A stretch of DNA of 58,589 nucleotides, taken from contig JAWXBZ010000011.1 of NCBI GenBank assembly GCA_034440375.1, forward strand, positions 1 through 58,589, read 5' to 3'. Position numbers and translations under genes: made by a program. This document shows, piece after piece, positions 45,049-57,936 of this stretch (positions are counted from its first letter, which is position 1; each line of letters opens with the position of its first letter). This DNA is from Candidatus Eiseniibacteriota bacterium. Lineage in GTDB: Bacteria > Eisenbacteria > RBG-16-71-46 > JABDJR01 > JAWXBZ01. Under the pieces are notes generated by a model. It was not told the DNA's origin. It did no database searches and saw only the letters and a program-made list of their open reading frames with translations.

Positions 45049-45158
45049 GCGACGGTTCTGCCAGAAATTGCCGTGCCTGTCCTGGGACGGCTGCGCATAT
45101 CCTCGTGTGAATCGAGGCACTTCCTGGCGATCCAAGTCTGGCCCGGGTATTCTGACTC

Positions 45159-47117
45159 TCAGCGCCCGAACCGGGACTTGATGGCACTCCAGGTGGATGG
45201 CGTGACGGGCGTCGGCAGTTCCGCGAGCGCCGCCAGTGGCAGCATAGAGGAATTTGTTCCGGCGTCGAGCGACCCCCGGAACTCTCCGGCGACCGCCGAT
45301 TCGAACCGGACGCGGAACGTGGCGCTGCTACCGGGGGCCAGGTCATAGCCCGTGCCACCGACCAGGACGAACTCCGGACGGTTACTCCGGATGGTGCCGG
45401 CGATTCGCTCGCCGGCGGTGTTTGTCACCTCGAATGACCGTTCCGAGGCGCTGCCGGTGGCGATGGTCCCGAAGTCGATCGACGCCGGCGCGAGGGCGCC
45501 GGGACCCGGGAGCCGTGCCCAGCCTGCCAGGGTGACCGGGGCACACTCGGCCATCTGGAGCTGACAGGTAAACGGGCCGGGTGCTGTCGGCAGGAACTCG
45601 AGCCGGATGACGCCCGTTTCCCCCGTGAAGAGATCCATCCGGGAAGGGAAGCTCCCGTGGGCGCGAAACTCCGGGCAGTCGGGCGCAATCTGAAGACGCA
45701 ACGTACCACCGCCGGTATTGGTCGCGTGCAGGCGGCCGTCGGCGACCTGCCCCACGATCACTGTGTCGAAATCGACGACGGTGGGATTCACGGAGCAGGC
45801 CGGCGGGATCGGCTGGTCGACGTAGCCGTACCCGAACACCCGGGCCGCGAAACAGAAGGTCGACGAGCGGATTTCGCACTCCTGCCTTTCGACCCGTGTC
45901 GGCGCGAATCGAAGTCCTACCTGTTTCGTTGCGCCGGCGGCCAGCGAAAAAGTCGTATCGCCGACGAGGCTGAAGTCCGGGCTGCAGGCATCGAGTTCGA
46001 TCGCCCCCGAGACAGGTCCCGGCCCCCGGTTCTCGACATATATCCATTGGTCCCGGTACTCGCCGATCCGGGTCTCGGGAAACTGCGCGTTGGTCGCGAC
46101 GACGTAGCAGTCTGCATAGGGCACCGCCGAACCGGTGAATCGCAACGTTGGACACCCCGAACCGATGGACAACAGCGCCTCGTGGTCCCCGACGTCGGAC
46201 GGCTGGTAGGTGATCCAGAATTCCTTCGACTCGTACGGCATCAGGGAATAGCTGTCGATCCCGGACCACATCCGGAAGTGCGGCGAGCTGAGCGTCAGCT
46301 GTCCGGTCATCCGTTGGCCCCCCCCGTTTCGGACCGTGATCATCCGGTGGTTGTTGCCATCGTGGACACGGATGGTCGGAAACGCCGTGTTCGTCGCCAC
46401 CGTGACCTCGCACTGGGCCGGCGGAAACATCGGGGGATCGGGACAGGGGGCGAGGCACGGGTTGCAGCCGTCGGTGCCGCCCGACGCGGTAAATCGGATC
46501 GAGCCGAGATCCCTCCCGGCAACCGGTGTCTCGACGGCGCCGCAATCCGCAACCCCGGCACGATCGGACGATGGGCGCGCCACGAGGTGCAGCGCATCGG
46601 GAGAGTAGGCGGTCAGGTAGAAGTACCCCATGACCGCCGTCTCGCCTGTCTGGCAGGCCTGCACCGCATCGTAAATGATGATGTTTCCGCCGCCGGGGGC
46701 CGGCCAGGCTCGGGGAGCGGGGCTGGCGAAGTCCAGCGCCGCGCAGCGAGTCCATGAAAAGATGTCGATACCGACGCCGTCCGACTGGCCCGAGGCGAGC
46801 CCGTCCTGGTAGATCAGCCCGCACTCCACCGCACTGAGCGTTGGTAGATGGCCGCGAACCCCGAGCAGGTAGACGAATCGGGGTTCTCCGACCGTGGCGG
46901 CCGTCGTTGCAGTCTGACAATCGCCAAGTCGTGCCCGGTCGCAGACGTTCTTGGCGTTCACGCTCATGGAGTGAAGCAGGATCTTTGGGTTGCCGTCGAA
47001 CGGTACGGCCCGCGCCGTCCGGGGAGCCGATGCCAGGAGCAGGGCGACAAATATCAGGATCGCTGGCACGGTCCCGGCATCAAATTGTTGGGTGCTACCG
47101 TGGGAGGTGGCCGGCAC
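45159..47117 (-). CDS. Secreted TW-tail family paralogue 4 with four ASH/choice-of-anchor-D-like Ig repeats
   Basis: GGAGG RBS and GTG 47117; signal peptide; KILLH, GIDIFSW..C, GGGN, GYFY..AYSPD and NPC motifs; four F..(I/V)..G...V.N.G...F.P repeats; tail [18 protein letters not shown]. Confidence 0.8.
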   Translation of the reverse strand: MPATSHGSTQQFDAGTVPAILIFVALLLASAPRTARAVPFDGNPKILLHSMSVNAKNVCDRARLGDCQTATTAATVGEPRFVYLLGVRGHLPTLSAVECGLIYQDGLASGQSDGVGIDIFSWTRCAALDFASPAPRAWPAPGGGNIIIYDAVQACQTGETAVMGYFYLTAYSPDALHLVARPSSDRAGVADCGAVETPVAGRDLGSIRFTASGGTDGCNPCLAPCPDPPMFPPAQCEVTVATNTAFPTIRVHDGNNHRMITVRNGGGQRMTGQLTLSSPHFRMWSGIDSYSLMPYESKEFWITYQPSDVGDHEALLSIGSGCPTLRFTGSAVPYADCYVVATNAQFPETRIGEYRDQWIYVENRGPGPVSGAIELDACSPDFSLVGDTTFSLAAGATKQVGLRFAPTRVERQECEIRSSTFCFAARVFGYGYVDQPIPPACSVNPTVVDFDTVIVGQVADGRLHATNTGGGTLRLQIAPDCPEFRAHGSFPSRMDLFTGETGVIRLEFLPTAPGPFTCQLQMAECAPVTLAGWARLPGPGALAPASIDFGTIATGSASERSFEVTNTAGERIAGTIRSNRPEFVLVGGTGYDLAPGSSATFRVRFESAVAGEFRGSLDAGTNSSMLPLAALAELPTPVTPSTWSAIKSRFGR

Positions 47118-47279
47118 GTTGATTCCTCCGGGAGAGTCATCGAAGCTGACGACCCATTGAGCGTATGCTCTTATAGACCCTCTGTAAACCCGGAAGATCA
47201 GGTGTCCGCCCGCGAGGCCCCGAATCGGCCGGACGGTGTATATGATCAACAGACAGTTCGAATACGACCCGAGGACCCC

Positions 47280-49885
<2,606 letters not shown>

Positions 49886-49889
<4 letters not shown>

Positions 49890-50260
49890 CGCCGCGTCGA
49901 GCGGATCAACTCGCCGCTGGCCACCTCGAAGACGTACTGGCGATTCACGTTTGGGTAGAACCAGGTCTCGGTCAGGCGATTGTCGTACTGGTCACGCCAA
50001 CGGTGGTGTGGGAAGCCCTGCTCGTTGGCCACGACTTTCTGGTCGGGTGACCAGAAGGCCACCAATCGCGCGAAGCGGACGTTGCGCCGTTCCCGCTCAC
50101 CTTTGACGGCCATCCAGACACCCGGCGCCACTTCGACGAAGTGCTTGCCGAGGGTGAGGCCGGCCGCCTTCGCGGTTTGAACGGCGGGTACGGGGTAGGC
50201 GGTGGCGTTGCCGGCCATCAAGGCCAGGGCCAGCGTCACGAGGGTCACGATGCGTTTCAT
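49886..50260 (-). CDS. Small secreted hypothetical protein
   Basis: [21 protein letters not shown] signal peptide; G.P...ETWFYP...YVF motif. Confidence 0.7.
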
Positions 50261-50286
50261 GGATGATTCCCCCCAGGGAAGCGGAC

Positions 50287-51714
50287 CTAGGGTCCGCGGT
50301 CGTGGTCGGTGGCGTTTCCACCGTCCGTTGAAGTTTGATCGGGAGATGGGTCGTTCGGGGGCAGTGGCGTACTGGATCCTCCCCCGAGATCGCCGAAGAA
50401 CGTGACGCGATTCTTGCCGTGATCCTTGGACCAGACGAGCGCGGCATTGGCGGCGCGCCACAGGTCGGCGCCGTTGACCGCATCGTCCGGGTACAGGGCG
50501 CCTCCGCCCGATACGGTGATGTTGACGGCGTGCGCCGTCCCCTCGAGGCCGGTGATATTGAAAGCCTGCCGTTCGATACCACGGCGCAATCGGCCGCAAA
50601 CGGTCCGGGCGTGTTCCATGCCGATCGGTGCGGTCAGAATCATGGCGAACTCCTCACCACCCCAGCGGGCCACCGAGTCGAAGGGGCGCAGGCCGGATTT
50701 CAGGTGCCGGGCCACGCGGGTCAGGACATCATTTCCCCCCTCGTAGCCGTACTGGCTGTTGAACCGTTTGAAGTCGTCGATGTCGACGATGATCAGGGCC
50801 AGCCCCTTGCTTTCGCGCCGCGCGCGGGCGATCTCGTTTTCGAGTTGCAGATTGAAATAGGAGCGGTTGTAGACCTTGGTCGCGGCATCCACGAAAACAA
50901 GATCGGCCAGGATGGCGGCGCGGCTCAGGATGTCGGTGCCGCTTTCCGACAGGAGCGCGAGCAGACCCAGCCGGTCCTCGGTGAAGAAGCGCGGACGCGC
51001 GCTCCAGGCCTGCAGGACTCCCTGCACCGGCGATTGCTTATCCCCCAGCGGCACCAGGGCCAGTGATGACATGCCGGGCGGGATGCGTCCCGAGGCGCGG
51101 GCGGCGGGGGAGATCTCCGGTACGTGGACGAGATGGTTTCGACCAACCACCCATTCCCGGATGAGGTACGGGTCATACGGCTCGGAGAGGCAGTCGGGGT
51201 CCAGGGTGCCCTCGACCCCCGGAGCCTCGCGCACGGAAACGAAGTGTGCCTGATCACAGCCAAGAACGCTGCGAGAGGCCTGCACGATCTGGCGCAGGAT
51301 GTCCGGAACACCGGCCAGGAGGCTCGAGTCGCGAGCCAGGATCCGGTTGTACAACGTGAGGATGGAGCGAATCTCGTCCAGCGAGGTGGCACCCTTCCAA
51401 TCACGCAGTGGCAGCGGCAATCGAAAGACGCCGTCGCTGGTTGGCGCGACCGGCAGTCGAAGCGAAATCGTATTGGCGGAGTGAAGATCGCGATATCGGA
51501 GAACGCGCTCGTCACCCTCCGTAGTCTCGTCGAGCGCACGGAGGTGGCCGAGCCGGGTCAACTTTTGAATGACGTCGAGCGCCACCTTCTCGATACGTGC
51601 CGGTTCGCCCTCGCCCAAAGCCGCGCGGATATCGGCCTGGTCGACAAGGGGCAGGCGATCGACCGGCAGGACGGTCGAGAGGAGCTGATCGAACGGGATC
51701 GGCTTCCGTTTCAT
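50287..51714 (-). CDS. GAF-GGDEF diguanylate cyclase
   Basis: GAF-like SLALVPL..GVLQ...F..D..LL; D..T..YNR, DIDDFK.FN..YG..GN, RPFD I-site, RWGGEEF and K..GKN motifs. Confidence 0.9.
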   Translation of the reverse strand: MKRKPIPFDQLLSTVLPVDRLPLVDQADIRAALGEGEPARIEKVALDVIQKLTRLGHLRALDETTEGDERVLRYRDLHSANTISLRLPVAPTSDGVFRLPLPLRDWKGATSLDEIRSILTLYNRILARDSSLLAGVPDILRQIVQASRSVLGCDQAHFVSVREAPGVEGTLDPDCLSEPYDPYLIREWVVGRNHLVHVPEISPAARASGRIPPGMSSLALVPLGDKQSPVQGVLQAWSARPRFFTEDRLGLLALLSESGTDILSRAAILADLVFVDAATKVYNRSYFNLQLENEIARARRESKGLALIIVDIDDFKRFNSQYGYEGGNDVLTRVARHLKSGLRPFDSVARWGGEEFAMILTAPIGMEHARTVCGRLRRGIERQAFNITGLEGTAHAVNITVSGGGALYPDDAVNGADLWRAANAALVWSKDHGKNRVTFFGDLGGGSSTPLPPNDPSPDQTSTDGGNATDHDRGP

Positions 51715-52000
51715 GCCTTGACCGTGGTGTCCTCTTGGGGTGGCATTCGGGGTGCCGTGGACTTTGGGCCCGGCCGGGCCGGGGGGTGGGGGCGGGCGGC
51801 AATCCCCATTTGGCGGCCTGATGCGGGCTTTGAGCGTCAATTATAGCGGTAACACCGGTCCGGCCCCGGAACTTTCGTCAAAACAACAGGATGGATGCCA
51901 CCGTCCCCACGGTACCCGGCGGGCCGACGACGGCGGTGACACACTGGAACAATTGCGGTCGCGGCACTGGATACTTCGTACCCAAAATTAACTATTTACA

Positions 52001-52032
52001 AGTCAACAACTTGCGATGAATTGAGTCATCGC
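52001..52032. promoter_or_regulatory. IHF-like box plus dyad (candidate enhancer/UAS)
   Basis: AGTCAACAACTTG has one mismatch to WATCAANNNNTTR and follows an AT-rich tract; GCGATGA-N6-TCATCGC dyad at 52013-52032. Confidence 0.4.
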
Positions 52033-52167
52033 TGTATACTGGGGTGGCAAGGGGTGGATCGACACTTGGCGGAAACGACGTCATCGCCATGACCTTCGAT
52101 TTCACAAGACCAAGCTGCATAATAGCTTACAAGATTAGCGGATCCGAGGCTCTCCTTTAGCTCCGGA

Positions 52168-52183
52168 TGGCACGGCGAATGCT
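52168..52183 (+). promoter_or_regulatory. Sigma54 (-24/-12) promoter
   Basis: TGGCACGGCGAATGCT has an exact TGGCAC and GG-N10-GC spacing, about 50 bp upstream of the ATG at 52236 and in front of a sigma54 activator gene. Confidence 0.75.
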
Positions 52184-52235
52184 ACCTTCATAGACAGGTC
52201 TCCGCATCCACTACGATGCATGAAGGAGTAGCTCA

Positions 52236-52607
52236 ATGAAGAATCGTTCGAAGAAGTGGGTGGTCGTTCTCGGGATGACCGCAGTGCTGACTGGCGGGCA
52301 GGCTGGCTTTGAAGGCCTGACGACCTGGGCAAACCAGGCTCCCTCCGGCGGCAGTGACGGTGAGGTCATTCTCGATTCCGCCCGCCAGCCCGGCCAGGAC
52401 GGCAGTGGAAACAACCCCGGATCGGGAAGCGGCCAGACGGATGGTATCCGTCAGGGCGCGGATCCGAATGACTTCAGTGTGTCCAGCCCGCGCCGGCCTC
52501 AAGTTCCCACCACCGAGGCCCCCGTACGGCGCGACATCGTGAATTCATTCCGGACGTGGCTCCAGAGCCTGCTCAACCGATTCGCGGGGATGGTGCGCCG
52601 CAGCTGA
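52236..52607 (+). CDS. Small secreted, largely disordered protein
   Basis: AAGGAG RBS; basic-hydrophobic signal peptide; G/S/D/Q-rich middle; amphipathic C-terminal helix SFRTWLQSLLNRFAGMV. Confidence 0.65.
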   Translation: MKNRSKKWVVVLGMTAVLTGGQAGFEGLTTWANQAPSGGSDGEVILDSARQPGQDGSGNNPGSGSGQTDGIRQGADPNDFSVSSPRRPQVPTTEAPVRRDIVNSFRTWLQSLLNRFAGMVRRS

Positions 52608-52710
52608 TCGGCGCCCTCCCCGTGGTGATTGGCCTTGGGGCCGGCACCACGGGGAATCGATCTCCCAGTTCGCCAGCTGCCAACGTGAACATTCCTTCGT
52701 GGAGAAGTGA

Positions 52711-55700
52711 ATGGCTCCCTTCAAGGAAGATCGGCCGCCCGCCCGGCAGGACCGCGGGCGGCCTTCTGTGGAAAAGCTTTCCAGCCTCACTTCCACCACC
52801 GACGCCGATCAGCTGGTGGCGTCGGGTCAGTACGACGACGCGCTCGACGCGCTCCGGCTTCTCATCGACCGACCGGCTCTTTCGGCGGCCGAAACCGTCC
52901 TCCTCAAGCGAAAAATGGCCGGCGTCCTTGCCTCGCTCGCGCGGTGGGAAGAGGCGCGAGCCCTGCTGGGTGAAGCCCGTGACCTGGCGCGCCGCTCGGA
53001 CCTGGCCGGCGAAGAAGCCCTGCTCCTCGTGGAGTTCGGGAAGGTTCACATGGTTCGTGGCGAGATCGATCGCGCGCTGGAATGCGCGCGGGGCGCCATC
53101 GAGCGCGCCGATGCCGCGGGCGAAACGCTGCCGCGGGCCTTCGCCGAGAACCTGACCGGTTATGCCCTGTTCACCCGCGGTCAACTCGACCAGAGTCAGC
53201 AGGCTTTCGAACGCGCCCTCCAGGCCTGCAAAGCCTCCGGAAATCTGCGCGCACTTTCACTGGTGTATAACAATCTCGGCCTTCTGTACAAGGAACGCTG
53301 CCAGTGGAAGAAAGCGCTGGAGCATTTCCAGGTTGCCGGTAACCTGAATGCCATCGACGGTGCCGAGTCCGAGCGCCGCAAAGGTCTTCAGAACCTCGGC
53401 CTCGTTCACCTTCGACTCGGCCAGTGGCCGGAAGCCCGGGGCTGTTTCGATGAAAGCCTAACCATCGGCCGGAAGCTGGGGGATCCCCTGTCGGTCATTC
53501 GGGCGCTGCTTGGCCTGGCCCAGCTGAATTTGTCGGCGGGGCAGCCGGACAGCGCGCGTGATCAGCTGGAGCAATCACTTGAGCTCTGTACCCAGGATGC
53601 CTATCCGCGCGAGACTGCGCTGACTCACCGCTCACTGGGCGTGCTGCACTTGAAGGCCGGCGACTTTGAACGAGCCCGGCGCTGCTTCGAAACCGCCTGG
53701 AAACGGGCCGTCGAAATCGCGCCCGAGGGTGACCTGGCCATCGAGATCCTGTTCCACCGTGCCGAGTTGTCGCTGGCCGTGGGCAAGGCAAAGGACGCAG
53801 AAAACCTGGCGCTGCGCAGTCAGGCGCTGGCGAAAAAAGCCGGCGATGCCTACTACGAGGCGGAGTCCTATCGTCTTCTGGGCAACGTGTCATGGGCCCT
53901 TGGCAACCTGGATGTGGCCGAAGCCAATTTTCGGGAAGGAGTCACCGCCTTTCGCAGCATCGACGCGCCGTACCCGCTGGCCGAAGTGCTGCTCGACATG
54001 GGCAAGCTGGGTGCCGAGCGGCTGACCGCACGGCAGGAACCGGAAAAGGTCCTGAATGTGCTGGAAGAGGCTCTGCGCCTCTTTACGCAACTCGGCGTGG
54101 CCGCGCTCCGCGGCGAGGCGCTGCTGGCGCTGGCACGTGCTCATGTCCGGGCGGCGGCGTTTGATCGCGCTTCAACCTGCCTGGCCGAAGCCACGGAAGC
54201 TTATCGAGGACTCAACCTGCCCACCGGGCTCAATCGCGTGGCCGAGGTTCAGACCGAACTCGAAGGGCGATTTGTCGACGAGTCGGTATCCCATCTGAAC
54301 GAGTTCCGGGCCACCAACCGCATCGCGGAAATTCTCGAGGTGCGCGCCGAGGCGGAAATCAAGATCGGCCAGATCATTGATGTCATCGCAAGCGCGGTCG
54401 AGGCCGATGGCATCCTCTTGATCCGGGGAATCAGCGCGACGGAGGCCGAACCGATTGCCTTCCGCGGCATGAGTCCACCGGTGGCCCGATCCATCGGCGA
54501 GCAACTCGCCGCGTTGCACGGAACCGCGCTCGGTGCCCGCCCCCAGATTGTGCTCAACACAGAGTCGTGCACGGTGCCGGAACTGGCCGACCTGGCCGTC
54601 CGTCACCAGGCGCAGAGCCTGATACTGATTCCAATTCGCTGGGACGACGGTCGCGAAGCGCTGCTCTATCTTGACCGGACGAAGAACGGTCGGCGTGGCC
54701 CCTTCCGTCTCAGCAATCTCAACCTGACCGTGGTCCTGGCCTCCTATCTCACCGATCTCTTCTCCCAGATGGACCGCGACCGGACCATCACGGAAAACAT
54801 TCGCCTGAAGAGTCAGCTCGAGGAACGCATCGCGCTGGCCGATGTGGTGACACAGAATCGCGAGATGCTCCAGATCCTCAGGCTGGTCGAGAAGATCAAT
54901 CGCTCCGACCTGACAGTGCTTCTCCAGGGGGAAACCGGCACCGGCAAGACACTGCTGGCCAAGTCCATCCACCTGTCGAGTCCGCGGGGCAAGGGACCGT
55001 TCGTGACGGTCGACTGCGCCGCCCTGCCCGACAACCTGCTCGAGAGTGAACTCTTCGGTTACGTGAAGGGATCGTTCACCGGGGCCATGAACGACAAGAA
55101 GGGGCTCTTCGAAGAGGCCGACGGCGGCACCATCTTCCTGGACGAGGTTGGCCGCGCGGGCCTGACCGTCCAACGGCGCCTGCTTCACCTTCTCGACAAG
55201 GGCGAGGTCCGACCCGTCGGCAGCAACAGCTACAAGAAGCTCGACGTGCGGGTCATCTGCGCCACATCCAGCAAGGACCTGCGTCATGACGTGGCCCAGG
55301 GGGCCTTCATCAAGGATCTTTACTACCGGCTGAATGACATCAGCGTGGTGGTCCCCTCACTGCGCGATCGTGTCGAGGACATTCCATTGCTGGCCGAATA
55401 TTTCCTGGCCACGTTTACCGCGGACACCCAGCGCAACGTGCCCGGCTTCGCGCGGGCCACGCTGAACCGCCTGGTCCGGTACAACTGGCCGGGCAATGTG
55501 CGCGAACTGGAGAAAGTCGTCCGCCGCGCGGCCATTCTGTGCGACGAAGGGGCGCCGATCGGCGTTGAGCACCTGCCGGATGAGCTTGTCGGCGCGCTGC
55601 TCGAGGAGCCGACCATGATCTCCGATGGAAGCAGCATTCACGATAACGTGGAGGAGATGGAGCGCCGGATGGTCCTGAAGGCACTCGAAGAGAACAACTG

Positions 55701-55803
55701 GAACAAGAGCCGCGCGGCCATCGCCCTCGGGCTATCGCGGAAGGGACTGAAAAACAAGATCACCCGTTACGACCTCGATCGTCGGATCATCACCCGCCGC
55801 TAG
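52711..55803 (+). CDS. Sigma54-dependent enhancer-binding protein: TPR array, GAF, AAA+, Fis-type HTH
   Basis: About 500 aa of TPRs (YNNLG, LQNLG); GAF; GETGTGKT, ESELFG..KGSFTGA, FLDEVG, YYRLN, WPGNVREL and WNKSRAA.ALG motifs. Confidence 0.92.
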   Translation: MAPFKEDRPPARQDRGRPSVEKLSSLTSTTDADQLVASGQYDDALDALRLLIDRPALSAAETVLLKRKMAGVLASLARWEEARALLGEARDLARRSDLAGEEALLLVEFGKVHMVRGEIDRALECARGAIERADAAGETLPRAFAENLTGYALFTRGQLDQSQQAFERALQACKASGNLRALSLVYNNLGLLYKERCQWKKALEHFQVAGNLNAIDGAESERRKGLQNLGLVHLRLGQWPEARGCFDESLTIGRKLGDPLSVIRALLGLAQLNLSAGQPDSARDQLEQSLELCTQDAYPRETALTHRSLGVLHLKAGDFERARRCFETAWKRAVEIAPEGDLAIEILFHRAELSLAVGKAKDAENLALRSQALAKKAGDAYYEAESYRLLGNVSWALGNLDVAEANFREGVTAFRSIDAPYPLAEVLLDMGKLGAERLTARQEPEKVLNVLEEALRLFTQLGVAALRGEALLALARAHVRAAAFDRASTCLAEATEAYRGLNLPTGLNRVAEVQTELEGRFVDESVSHLNEFRATNRIAEILEVRAEAEIKIGQIIDVIASAVEADGILLIRGISATEAEPIAFRGMSPPVARSIGEQLAALHGTALGARPQIVLNTESCTVPELADLAVRHQAQSLILIPIRWDDGREALLYLDRTKNGRRGPFRLSNLNLTVVLASYLTDLFSQMDRDRTITENIRLKSQLEERIALADVVTQNREMLQILRLVEKINRSDLTVLLQGETGTGKTLLAKSIHLSSPRGKGPFVTVDCAALPDNLLESELFGYVKGSFTGAMNDKKGLFEEADGGTIFLDEVGRAGLTVQRRLLHLLDKGEVRPVGSNSYKKLDVRVICATSSKDLRHDVAQGAFIKDLYYRLNDISVVVPSLRDRVEDIPLLAEYFLATFTADTQRNVPGFARATLNRLVRYNWPGNVRELEKVVRRAAILCDEGAPIGVEHLPDELVGALLEEPTMISDGSSIHDNVEEMERRMVLKALEENNWNKSRAAIALGLSRKGLKNKITRYDLDRRIITRR

Positions 55804-55920
55804 AAGTCCACCTTGATTCGTGGCGGTCGGCAACTCCCGGCGCCTGCTCCCTCGCGGGGTGGGCGCCGTGCTGCAGCAAGGGGGCATGGTGAAGCGTTCC
55901 TACCGGCCGCGGTCCGGATC

Positions 55921-57936
55921 ATGACCGCCACCCCGTTCCGGGCTGTCCTCATCACGCTGTGCCTGCTTCTCGGGCCGGCCACGGCGTTGCTCGCCGCCCA
56001 GCCAAACCAGCCCGACGACGATCCGCATGTTCAAGCCGCCCGCGATTCGCTTCGGGCGGAGCCGCGTCGGCCGGAGCGGTGGCTGGCCGTGGCCCACGCC
56101 TGCTGGGACCTTGGAACCATCGAGGGGCGGCGCGAGGCCGATCAAGTATTCGAAGACTCTCTTCAAAAATGGCCCGGCGACAGCCGCATTCTGCTGGAAT
56201 GGGCGCGACTCAACATGGAGCGCCGGTTTTTCGGAAGGGCCAGGGGACTCTATCGCCGCGCCCTGAAATCCACGCCGGATTCCGAGCCGGCGCAGATGGG
56301 GCTGGTTCGACTCGCCCTGTACGACTATCGGCGCTACTTGCGGGTGAAGTCGCTGCGCGAAGCCAACACGCGCCTTGACCAGCTGCTGACCAGCCACCCC
56401 GATCATGCCGACGCCCTGTCGTCCAGTGTCTTCGCCCGGATGATGCGGGCCGACACGAGCGGGGCCGAGTCACGCGCCGCCGAACTGGTTCGTCGCCACC
56501 CCCGGGATCCCAGGGGGCATTTCTTCAAGCTTCACTTTGCCATGGAAGCCGGGCGGTGGGATGAGGCCTCCGATGATGCCGCAGAGGCGCTTCGGTGTCT
56601 TGAGGAGCCCGCATCGATCGAGGCCTATCGAACGCTCGAACATATAAACTGGGGATGGGAAGACCTGCGCGAGGCCATGCCCGACTCGGCCAGGGTCATT
56701 CTGGAAACCAATTTCTGGAAGCACCGTGACCCTACGCCCGCGACCCTGCTGAACGAGCGCCGCCTCGAGCACCTGCGACGGGTCTTTCTCGCCGATCTGG
56801 CTTATGGGCTGCCGGAACGCAACCTGCGCGGCTGGGATACCGAGCCCGGCGAATCGATCATCCGATTCGGCATGCCGGAATCTCGTCACATCACCACCGG
56901 CAGCCAGATCCTGACCTCCTTCCGCGCGGAACGGATGGTCCACCGTCACCGGATCGAGGGAGAGCCGTACGAGTTCCACTTCGAGGATCAGTTTCTCTCC
57001 GGTGACTGGGTCGAGCCCTACCACTGGGGGCGGCCATCCCTGATGGACAAGCTGGCGAGCGTGCTGGAGGGATCGATGATCCACCCGGTCGGTGGCCCGA
57101 ACATCGACATCGTGATCGATGCGGTTCAGTTCATGGGAATCGGGGGGGACACGCGACTTGAACTGATCGTGGCCGTGCCGATGGCCCCCGATTCAGCCGC
57201 AGCCTGGCGTCGACCCCTGGCGCTGTACGATCGGAGCTGGCAACTGGTGGCCCAGCGCGGCGGCACGTTTGCCCTTGCCGCGCGTGTCGGCGACCGGGAG
57301 CGTGCGGGGGCGGAATGGCTGGTCGATCTCCTGCCGTTTCGTGTCGATCCGGAATTGGATTCGCTCTTCGTCGGAAGCCAGGTGGAGGTTGGTCGACTGG
57401 CGGGATTTGGCGGCGGGTTCGATCGACTGCTGCTGCGGCGATTCCATGAGGACTCGTTGGAAATCTCGGATGTGATGCTCCTCGATCGGATCGATCCGGA
57501 CCTCGCGTCCGGGCCGTTTGCCCGGGCGGACGGGGGCACGATTCCGAGCCCGGACGCCACCTATCAACAGGGCGAGTCGGTGCCAATCTATTTCGAAGCC
57601 TACGGACTGACACCCGCCGCCGACGGACGACATGCGTACACGCTCGAGGTCGAGATCAACGATTTGAAAACCTTCGGGGATTGGGCAAGCAAGCGTCGGG
57701 CCTCGCTCACCGCCAACCGTCGGCCACGTCGGCCACGTTCCACCTCGCGGTTTGAGGAGTGGAGCCCGACGCCGTCGATCGAACGAATGCTGGACCTCTC
57801 GGTCGGCCGGTTGCCGAGGGGGGATTACTGGGTCCGGGTGGTCATCCAGGATCTGACTTCCGGTCGGAAAACACATGGCGAGGGGGCGTTTCGTATCGTC
57901 ACCTCGAAGCTGGAGAAGGGCTGGGCGACGCCATGA
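55921..57936 (+). CDS. Secreted TPR + GWxTD-domain protein
   Basis: Signal peptide; TPRs; FWK.RDPTP.T..NE...EH..R....D..Y...GWDTEPG...IRFG.P; C-terminal LSDV.L and L..G.Y...V...D beta-region. Confidence 0.82.
   Translation: MTATPFRAVLITLCLLLGPATALLAAQPNQPDDDPHVQAARDSLRAEPRRPERWLAVAHACWDLGTIEGRREADQVFEDSLQKWPGDSRILLEWARLNMERRFFGRARGLYRRALKSTPDSEPAQMGLVRLALYDYRRYLRVKSLREANTRLDQLLTSHPDHADALSSSVFARMMRADTSGAESRAAELVRRHPRDPRGHFFKLHFAMEAGRWDEASDDAAEALRCLEEPASIEAYRTLEHINWGWEDLREAMPDSARVILETNFWKHRDPTPATLLNERRLEHLRRVFLADLAYGLPERNLRGWDTEPGESIIRFGMPESRHITTGSQILTSFRAERMVHRHRIEGEPYEFHFEDQFLSGDWVEPYHWGRPSLMDKLASVLEGSMIHPVGGPNIDIVIDAVQFMGIGGDTRLELIVAVPMAPDSAAAWRRPLALYDRSWQLVAQRGGTFALAARVGDRERAGAEWLVDLLPFRVDPELDSLFVGSQVEVGRLAGFGGGFDRLLLRRFHEDSLEISDVMLLDRIDPDLASGPFARADGGTIPSPDATYQQGESVPIYFEAYGLTPAADGRHAYTLEVEINDLKTFGDWASKRRASLTANRRPRRPRSTSRFEEWSPTPSIERMLDLSVGRLPRGDYWVRVVIQDLTSGRKTHGEGAFRIVTSKLEKGWATP

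Noticed and set aside
45019-45050. Hammerhead ribozyme (CTGACGA followed by a stem)
   Set aside because: The required GAAA after stem II is absent on both strands.
46848-47279. N-terminal extensions of clpB and of the opposite-strand gene (to 47378); likewise 39833-40099 for C25 and 36270-36413 for the PPIase
   Set aside because: RBS-supported downstream starts give typical N-termini or signal peptides and remove the head-to-head overlaps.
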